Virus genome (UHGV): UHGV-0160579 | Source: a virus | Strand: one strand, 5' to 3' | Length of the DNA: 36,299 nucleotides | Part shown: positions 29,785-36,299 of the stretch, piece by piece | Layout: the number at the start of each line of letters is the position of its first letter | Numbering within the stretch: the first letter of the stretch is position 1 | Made by a program: the position numbers and the translations under genes | The notes under the pieces: model-generated | What the model was told of the DNA's origin: nothing | What the model saw: only the letters and a program-made list of their open reading frames with translations | The model's database searches: none

Positions 29785-32338
29785 ACCGGTAGGCGATCTG
29801 GTCGTTGATTTAAGTCTGGATGCGGCCAGATTTGACGAGCAGATGGCCAGAGTCAGGCGTCATTTTTCCGGTACGGAAAGTGATGCGAAAAAAACAGCGG
29901 CAGTCGTTGAACAGTCGCTGAGCCGACAGGCACTGGCTGCACAGAAAGCGGGGATTTCCGTCGGGCAGTATAAAGCTGCCATGCGTATGCTGCCTGCGCA
30001 GTTCACCGACGTGGCCACGCAGCTTGCAGGCGGGCAAAGTCCGTGGCTGATCCTGCTGCAACAGGGGGGGCAGGTGAAGGACTCCTTCGGCGGGATGATC
30101 CCCATGTTCAGGGGGCTTGCCGGTGCGATCACCCTGCCGATGGTCGGGGCCACCTCGCTGGCGGTGGCGACCGGTGCGCTGGCGTATGCCTGGTATCAGG
30201 GCAACTCAACCCTGTCCGATTTCAACAAAACGCTGGTCCTTTCCGGCAATCAGTCGGGTCTGACGGCAGATCGTATGCTGGTCCTGTCCAGAGCCGGGCA
30301 GGCGGCAGGGCTGACGTTTAACCAGACCAGCGAGTCACTCAGCGCACTGGTTAAGGCGGGAGTAAGCGGTGAGGCTCAGATTGCATCCATCAGCCAGAGT
30401 GTGGCGCGTTTCTCCTCTGCATCCGGCGTGGAGGTGGACAAGGTCGCTGAAGCCTTCGGGAAGCTGACCACTGACCCGACGTCGGGGCTGACGGCGATGG
30501 CGCGCCAGTTCCATAACGTAACGGCGGAGCAGATTGCGTATGTTGCTCAGTTGCAGCGTTCCGGCGATGAATCCGGGGCATTGCAGGCGGCGAACGAGGC
30601 CGCAACGAAAGGGTTTGATGACCAGACCCGACGCCTGAAAGAGAACATGGGCACGCTGGAAACCTGGGCAGACAGGACAGCACGGGCATTCAAATCCATG
30701 TGGGATGCGGTGCTGGATATTGGTCGTCCTGATACCGCGCAGGAGATGCTGATTAAGGCAGAGGCTGCGTTTAAGAAAGCGGACGACATCTGGAGTCTGC
30801 GCAAGGATGATTATTTTGTTAACGATGAAGCGCGGGCGCGTTACTGGGATGATCGTGAAAAGGCCCGTCTTGCGCTTGAAGCCGCCCGAAAGAAGGCTGA
30901 ACAGCAGAGTCAACAGGACAAAAATGCGCAGCAGCAGAGCGATACTGAAGCGTCACGGCTGAAATATACCGAAGAGGCGCAGAAAGCTTACGAACGGCTG
31001 CAGACGCCGCTGGAGAAATATACCGCCCGTCAGGAAGAACTGAACAAGGCACTGAAAGACGGGAAAATCCTGCAGGCAGATTACAACACGCTGATGGCGG
31101 CGGCGAAAAAGGATTATGAAGCGACGCTGAAAAAGCCGAAACAGTCCGGCGTGAAGGTGTCTGCGGGCGATCGTCAGGAAGACAGTGCTCATGCTGCCCT
31201 GCTGACGCTTCAGGCTGAACTCCGGACGCTGGAGAAGCATGCCGGAGCAAATGAGAAAATCAGCCAGCAGCGCCGGGATTTGTGGAAGGCGGAGAGTCAG
31301 TTCGCGGTACTGGAGGAGGCGGCGCAACGTCGCCAGCTGTCTGCACAGGAGAAATCCCTGCTGGCGCATAAAGATGAGACGCTGGAGTACAAACGCCAGC
31401 TGGCTGCACTTGGCGACAAGGTTACGTATCAGGAGCGCCTGAACGCGCTGGCGCAGCAGGCGGATAAATTCGCACAGCAGCAACGGGCAAAACGGGCCGC
31501 TATTGATGCGAAAAGCCGGGGGCTGACTGACCGGCAGGCAGAACGGGAAGCCACAGAACAGCGCCTGAAGGAACAGTATGGCGATAATCCTCTGGCGCTG
31601 AATAACGTCATGTCAGAGCAGAAAAAGACCTGGGCGGCTGAAGACCTGCTTCGCGGGAACTGGATGGCAGGCCTCAGGTCCGGCTGGAGCGAGTGGAAAG
31701 AGAGTGCCACGGACAGTATGTCGCAGGTTAAAAGTGCTGCCACGCAGACCTTTGATGGTATTGCGCAGAATATGGCGGCGATGCTGACCGGCAGTGAGCA
31801 GAACTGGCGCAGCTTCACCCGCTCCGTGCTGTCCATGATGACAGAAATTCTGCTTAAGCAGGCAATGGTGGGGATTGTCGGGAGTATCGGCAGCGCCATT
31901 GGCGGGGCTGTTGGTGGCGGCGCATCCGCGTCAGGCGGTACAGCCATTCAGGCCGCTGCGGCGAAACTCCATTTTGCAACCGGAGGATTTACGGGAACCG
32001 GCGGCAAATATGAGCCAGCGGGGATTGTTCACCGTGGTGAATTTGTCTTCACAAAGGAGGCAACCAGCCGGATTGGCGTGGGGAATCTCTATCGGCTGAT
32101 GCGCGGCTATGCCACCGGTGGTTATGTCGGTACACCGGGCAGTCTGGCTGACAGCCGGTCGCAGGCGTCCGGGACGTTTGAGCAGAATAACCATGTGGTG
32201 ATTAACAACGACGGCACGAACGGGCAGATAGGTCCGGCTGCTCTGAAGGCGGTGTATGACATGGCCCGCAAGGGTGCCCGTGATGAAATTCAGACACAGA
32301 TGCGTGATGGTGGACTGTTCTCCGGAGGTGGACGATGA
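29777..32338 (+). CDS. H: Tail tape-measure protein H
   Basis: 853 aa; matches lambda gpH; coiled-coil-rich middle and Gly-rich C-terminal region. Confidence 0.95.
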   Translation: MAEPVGDLVVDLSLDAARFDEQMARVRRHFSGTESDAKKTAAVVEQSLSRQALAAQKAGISVGQYKAAMRMLPAQFTDVATQLAGGQSPWLILLQQGGQVKDSFGGMIPMFRGLAGAITLPMVGATSLAVATGALAYAWYQGNSTLSDFNKTLVLSGNQSGLTADRMLVLSRAGQAAGLTFNQTSESLSALVKAGVSGEAQIASISQSVARFSSASGVEVDKVAEAFGKLTTDPTSGLTAMARQFHNVTAEQIAYVAQLQRSGDESGALQAANEAATKGFDDQTRRLKENMGTLETWADRTARAFKSMWDAVLDIGRPDTAQEMLIKAEAAFKKADDIWSLRKDDYFVNDEARARYWDDREKARLALEAARKKAEQQSQQDKNAQQQSDTEASRLKYTEEAQKAYERLQTPLEKYTARQEELNKALKDGKILQADYNTLMAAAKKDYEATLKKPKQSGVKVSAGDRQEDSAHAALLTLQAELRTLEKHAGANEKISQQRRDLWKAESQFAVLEEAAQRRQLSAQEKSLLAHKDETLEYKRQLAALGDKVTYQERLNALAQQADKFAQQQRAKRAAIDAKSRGLTDRQAEREATEQRLKEQYGDNPLALNNVMSEQKKTWAAEDLLRGNWMAGLRSGWSEWKESATDSMSQVKSAATQTFDGIAQNMAAMLTGSEQNWRSFTRSVLSMMTEILLKQAMVGIVGSIGSAIGGAVGGGASASGGTAIQAAAAKLHFATGGFTGTGGKYEPAGIVHRGEFVFTKEATSRIGVGNLYRLMRGYATGGYVGTPGSLADSRSQASGTFEQNNHVVINNDGTNGQIGPAALKAVYDMARKGARDEIQTQMRDGGLFSGGGR

Positions 32339-32664
32339 AAACCTTCCGCTGGAAAGTGAAACCCGGGATGGATGTGACATCGGCTCCTTCCGTCAGGGAG
32401 GTGCGCTTTGGTGATGGCTATTCCCAGCGTGCGCCTGCCGGGCTGAACGCTGACCTGAAAACGTACAGCGTGACGCTGTCTGTCTCCCGTGAGGAGGCCA
32501 CGGCGCTGGAGTCGTTTCTGGCTGAGCACGGGGGCTGGAAGGCCTTTCTGTGGACGCCGCCTTATGGTTACAGGCAGATAAAGGTGACCTGCGCAAAATG
32601 GTCGTCGCGGGTCAGTATGCTGCGTGTTGAGTTCAGCGCAGAGTTTGAACAGGTGGTGAACTGA
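32335..32664 (+). CDS. M: Minor tail protein M
   Basis: 109 aa; matches lambda gpM. Confidence 0.93.
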   Translation: MKTFRWKVKPGMDVTSAPSVREVRFGDGYSQRAPAGLNADLKTYSVTLSVSREEATALESFLAEHGGWKAFLWTPPYGYRQIKVTCAKWSSRVSMLRVEFSAEFEQVVN

Positions 32665-33362
32665 TGCAGGATATCCGGCAGGAAACACTGAATGAATGCA
32701 CCCGTGCGGAGCAGTCGGCCAGCGTGGTGCTCTGGGAAATCGATCTGACAGAGGTCGGTGGAGAACGTTATTTTTTCTGTAATGAGCAGAACGAAAAAGG
32801 TGAGCCGGTCACCTGGCAGGGGCGACAGTATCAGCCGTATCCCATTCAGGGGAGTAGTTTTGAACTGAATGGCAAAGGCACCAGTACGCGCCCCACGCTG
32901 ACGGTTTCTAACCTGTACGGTATGGTCACCGGGATGGCGGAAGATCTGCAGAGTCTGGTCGGCGGAACGGTGGTCCGGCGTAAGGTTTACGCCCGTTTTC
33001 TGGATGCGGTGAACTTCGTCAACGGAAACAGAGACGCCGATCCGGAGCAGGAGGTGATCAGCCGCTGGCGCATCGAGCAGTGCAGCGAACTGAGCGCGGT
33101 GAGTGCCTCCTTTGTACTGTCCACGCCGACGGAAACGGATGGCGCTGTTTTTCCGGGGCGTATCATGCTGGCCAACACCTGCACCTGGACCTATCGCGGT
33201 GATGAGTGCGGTTATAACGGTCCGGCTGTCGCGGATGAATATGACCAGCCGACGTCCGATATCACGAAGGATAAATGCAGCAAATGCCTGAGCGGCTGTA
33301 AGTTTCGCAATAACGTCGGCAACTTTGGCGGCTTCCTTTCCATTAACAAACTTTCGCAGTAA
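32664..33362 (+). CDS. L: Minor tail protein L
   Basis: 232 aa; matches lambda gpL; C-terminal Cys cluster. Confidence 0.93.
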   Translation: MQDIRQETLNECTRAEQSASVVLWEIDLTEVGGERYFFCNEQNEKGEPVTWQGRQYQPYPIQGSSFELNGKGTSTRPTLTVSNLYGMVTGMAEDLQSLVGGTVVRRKVYARFLDAVNFVNGNRDADPEQEVISRWRIEQCSELSAVSASFVLSTPTETDGAVFPGRIMLANTCTWTYRGDECGYNGPAVADEYDQPTSDITKDKCSKCLSGCKFRNNVGNFGGFLSINKLSQ

Positions 33363-33366
33363 TCCC

Positions 33367-34110
33367 ATGACAGAGACAGAATCAGCGATTCTGGCGCACG
33401 CCCGGCGATGTGCGCCAGCGGAGTCGTGCGGCTTCGTGGTAAGCACGCCGGAGGGGGAAAGATATTTTCCCTGCGTGAATATCTCCGGTGAGCCGGAGGC
33501 GTATTTCCGGATGGCTCCGGAGGACTGGCTGCAGGCAGAGATGCAGGGTGAGATTGTGGCGCTGGTCCACAGCCACCCCGGTGGTCTGCCCTGGCTGAGT
33601 GAGGCTGACCGGCGGCTGCAGGTGCAGAGCGATTTGCCGTGGTGGCTGGTCTGCCGGGGGGCGATTCACAAGTTCCGCTGTGTGCCGCATCTCACCGGGC
33701 GGCGCTTTGAGTACGGGGTGACAGACTGTTACACACTGTTCCGGGATGCTTACCATCTGGCGGGGATTGAGATGCCGGATTTTCATCGCGGGGATGACTG
33801 GTGGCGTCACGGTCAGAATCTCTATCTTGACAATATGGAGGCTACTGGTTTTTACCGTGTCGCACTGACAGAGGCGCAGCCGGGCGATGTGCTGCTGTGC
33901 TGTTTTGGTTCATCGGTGCCGAATCACGCCGCCATTTACTGCGGCGACGGTGAGCTGCTGCACCATATTCCTGAACAACTGAGTAAACGAGAGAGGTATA
34001 CCGACAAATGGCAGCGACGCACACACTCCCTCTGGCGTCACCGGGAATGGCACGCATCTGCCTTTACGGGGATTTGCAACGATTTGGCCGCCGCATCGAC
34101 CTTCGTGTGA
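33367..34110 (+). CDS. K: Tail tip assembly protein K (MPN/JAB plus NlpC/P60-like domains)
   Basis: ATG at 33367 gives MTETESAILAHARRCAPAESCGFVV..., matching lambda gpK; HSHP motif of the JAB domain present. Confidence 0.9.
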   Translation: MTETESAILAHARRCAPAESCGFVVSTPEGERYFPCVNISGEPEAYFRMAPEDWLQAEMQGEIVALVHSHPGGLPWLSEADRRLQVQSDLPWWLVCRGAIHKFRCVPHLTGRRFEYGVTDCYTLFRDAYHLAGIEMPDFHRGDDWWRHGQNLYLDNMEATGFYRVALTEAQPGDVLLCCFGSSVPNHAAIYCGDGELLHHIPEQLSKRERYTDKWQRRTHSLWRHREWHASAFTGICNDLAAASTFV

Positions 34111-34649
34111 AAACGGGGGCTGAAGCCATCCGGGCACTGGCCACACAGCTCCCGGCGTTTCGTCAGAAACTGAGCGATGGCTGGTATCAGGTACGGATTG
34201 CCGGGCGGGATGCAGGAGAAACCGAATTATCATCCCGTCTTAATGAGCCGCTGGCAAATGGTGCCGTGATCCACATCGTGCCGCGTCTTGCGGGAGCAAA
34301 AAGTGGCGGTGTGTTTCAGGCGGTGCTGGGTGCGGCGTTGATTGCTACGGCAATCTGGATGCCGGGGATCAGTATCGCTTTCAGTGACATTCTCTTTTCA
34401 ATGGGTGCGGCGATGACGCTTGGTGGTGTGGCGCAGATGCTGGCACCGAAAGCCAGAACTCCCCGTACACAGACAACGGATAACGGCAAACAGAACACCT
34501 ATTTCTCCTCACTGGATAACATGGTTGCCCAGGGCAATGTCCTGCCTGTTCTGTACGGTGAAATGCGCGTGGGGTCACGTGTGGCATCTCAGGAGATCAG
34601 CACGGCAGATGAAGGGGATGGTGGTCAGGTTGTGGTAATTGGGCGGTAA
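34008..34649 (+). CDS. I: Tail tip assembly protein I
   Basis: 213 aa; N- and C-terminal regions match lambda gpI, central region divergent; overlaps K out of frame as in lambda. Confidence 0.85.
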   Translation: MAATHTLPLASPGMARICLYGDLQRFGRRIDLRVKTGAEAIRALATQLPAFRQKLSDGWYQVRIAGRDAGETELSSRLNEPLANGAVIHIVPRLAGAKSGGVFQAVLGAALIATAIWMPGISIAFSDILFSMGAAMTLGGVAQMLAPKARTPRTQTTDNGKQNTYFSSLDNMVAQGNVLPVLYGEMRVGSRVASQEISTADEGDGGQVVVIGR

Positions 34650-34722
34650 TATTATTTTACTCATGTTCTAACTAATTTAATATTTATATCGAACACTGAT
34701 AATTATTCTATTGGTTAGCTAT

Positions 34723-35061
34723 ATGAACAAAACGATTTTATTCTGCACGATTATTGCCTTAACAGGATGTAAATCTTTGGATTACGTAAAATCCGGAAAA
34801 CCTGTAATGGAAGGTAATTCATTAAAAAATATTGATGAATTGTCAGGCTGCATATCCAGACAATGGGCTGGTAATGGAACACCTATAACATCCCTTCCTA
34901 TTGAGAATGGGGTAAGCCTTTTAGTTCCACAGGCTATGGGGGGATATGATGTTGTGCTTGATATCAAAAAAGCAGGAAATGGCAGTAGTTTTACTCTTTA
35001 TGAACGTGTACCAGCATTAACGCCAAAAATTTTTGCTGATAGTGTTAATGCATGTAAATAA
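34723..35061 (+). CDS. Small lipoprotein inserted between tail genes I and J; candidate receptor-masking / superinfection-exclusion protein
   Basis: ATG at 34723 gives signal peptide MNKTILFCTIIALTGCK with lipobox LTGC; strongly AT-rich compared with flanking tail genes; followed by its own terminator; lambda has no gene at this position. Confidence 0.7.
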   Translation: MNKTILFCTIIALTGCKSLDYVKSGKPVMEGNSLKNIDELSGCISRQWAGNGTPITSLPIENGVSLLVPQAMGGYDVVLDIKKAGNGSSFTLYERVPALTPKIFADSVNACK

Positions 35062-35085
35062 TAGTTAATCCTGTCGTAACTCATG

Positions 35086-35113
35086 AGCCGCCTTTTGGGC
35101 GGCTTTGTTGTTT
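35086..35113 (+). terminator. Intrinsic terminator after the lipoprotein gene (AGCCGCC-TTTT-GGCGGCT followed by TTGTTGTTT)
   Basis: 7-bp GC-rich stem with a downstream T-rich tract, 25 nt after the lipoprotein stop. Confidence 0.6.
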
Positions 35114-35127
35114 ATGGAGTGTGAGGA

Positions 35128-36249
35128 ATGGGTAAAGGAAGCAGTAAGGGGCATACCCCGCGCGAAGCGAGGGACAACCTGAAGTCCACGCAGCTGCTGA
35201 GTGTGATCGATGCCATCAGCGAAGGGCCGGTTGAAGGTCCGGTGGACGGATTAAAAAGCGTGCTGCTGAACAGTACGCCGGTGCTGGACAGTGAGGGGAA
35301 TACCAATATATCCGGTGTCACGGTGGTGTTCCGGGCAGGTGAGCAGGAGCAGACACCGCCGGAGGGATTTGAATCCTCCGGCTCCGAGACGGTGCTGGGT
35401 ACGGAAGTGAAATATGACACGCCGATCACCCGGACCATCACGTCGGCAAACATTGACCGTCTGCGCTTTACCTTCGGTGTGCAGGCACTGGTGGAAACCA
35501 CCTCAAAGGGGGACCGGAATCCGTCGGAAGTCCGCCTGCTGGTTCAGATACAGCGTAACGGTGGCTGGGTGACGGAAAAAGACATCACCATTAAGGGCAA
35601 AACCACCTCGCAGTATCTGGCCTCGGTGGTGGTGGATAACCTGCCTCCGCGCCCGTTCAATATCCGGATGCGCAGGATGACACCGGACAGCACCACAGAC
35701 CAGCTGCAGAACAAAACGCTCTGGTCGTCATACACCGAAATCATCGATGTGAAACAGTGCTACCCGAACACGGCACTGGTCGGCGTGCAGGTGGACTCGG
35801 AACAGTTCGGCAGCCAGCAGGTGAGCCGTAATTATCATCTTCGCGGGCGCATTCTGCAGGTGCCGTCGAACTATAACCCGCAGACGCGGCAATACATCGG
35901 TATCTGGGACGGGACGTTTAAACCGGCATACAGCAACAACATGGCCTGGTGTCTGTGGGATATGCTGACCCACCCGCGCTACGGCATGGGTAAACGTCTT
36001 GGTGCGGCAGATGTGGATAAATGGGCGCTGTATGTCATCGGCCAGAATTGCGACCAGTCGGTGCCGGACGGTTTTGGCGGCACGGAGCCGCGCATCACCT
36101 GTAATGCGTACCTGACCACACAGCGCAAGGCGTGGGATGTGCTCAGTGATTTTTGCTCACTATTAATATTAATTGGGATGCAGAAGCAGTCCAGACAGTT
36201 GCGGCCGGTGATCCTGTGCGAACTGGGGATTCGTCTCCAACCGGCTTAA
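35128..36249 (+). pseudogene. J: Tail tip / host-specificity protein J, N-terminal ~344 codons only; the frame ends at a stop at 36249 after the sequence departs from lambda J at about 36160
   Basis: Residues 1 to ~344 match lambda J (MGKGSSKGHTPREA.DNLKSTQLLSVIDAISEGP.EGPVDGLKSV...KAWDVLSDFCS); thereafter the DNA does not match lambda J as recalled and the frame stops; full-length J is about 1130 aa. Confidence 0.6.
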
Positions 36250-36299
36250 CACCGGTGAGATCTCAACAACGTTTTTCCAGGGTTCACGCATCAGCTGCG

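Noticed and set aside
30335-31483. Two minus-strand ORFs (192 aa and 176 aa) inside tape-measure gene H
   Set aside because: Antisense to H; low-complexity, Arg/Leu-rich translations; no start-site support.
32568-33446. 292-aa minus-strand ORF overlapping M, L and K
   Set aside because: Antisense to three conserved tail genes; no independent evidence.
36160-36299. Possible insertion-sequence end at the J breakpoint
   Set aside because: The about 140 bp after the breakpoint do not resemble the terminal inverted repeats of IS1, IS2, IS3, IS5 or IS10 as far as I can recall; too little sequence to call a mobile element.

Overview
This window is a nearly complete lambdoid prophage of the E. coli type, read left to right as int-xis, the Red recombination genes, the pL/N arm, the immunity region, replication and nin genes, Q, a porin, the lysis cassette, cos, and a lambda-like head and tail cluster running to J. 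Most proteins were recognised by eye against remembered lambda, P22, phage 21 and DLP12 sequences; nothing was searched against a database. The most interesting locus is a translationally coupled two-gene cassette (8268..8825 and 7519..8271, minus strand) sitting directly downstream of cI in the slot that rexA-rexB occupy in lambda; it is AT-rich, ends at its own terminator, and neither protein resembles Rex or anything else I can name, so it is a candidate uncharacterised phage-exclusion system. Other accessory islands are an AT-rich lipoprotein gene with its own terminator between tail genes I and J, a porin gene between Q and the holin, an orphan adenine methyltransferase in the nin region, and a low-coding AT-rich kilobase between the lysis cassette and cos. 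J matches lambda J for about 344 codons and then diverges abruptly into a stop, which suggests a deletion or recombination junction near the right end. No rRNA, tRNA or CRISPR array was seen.
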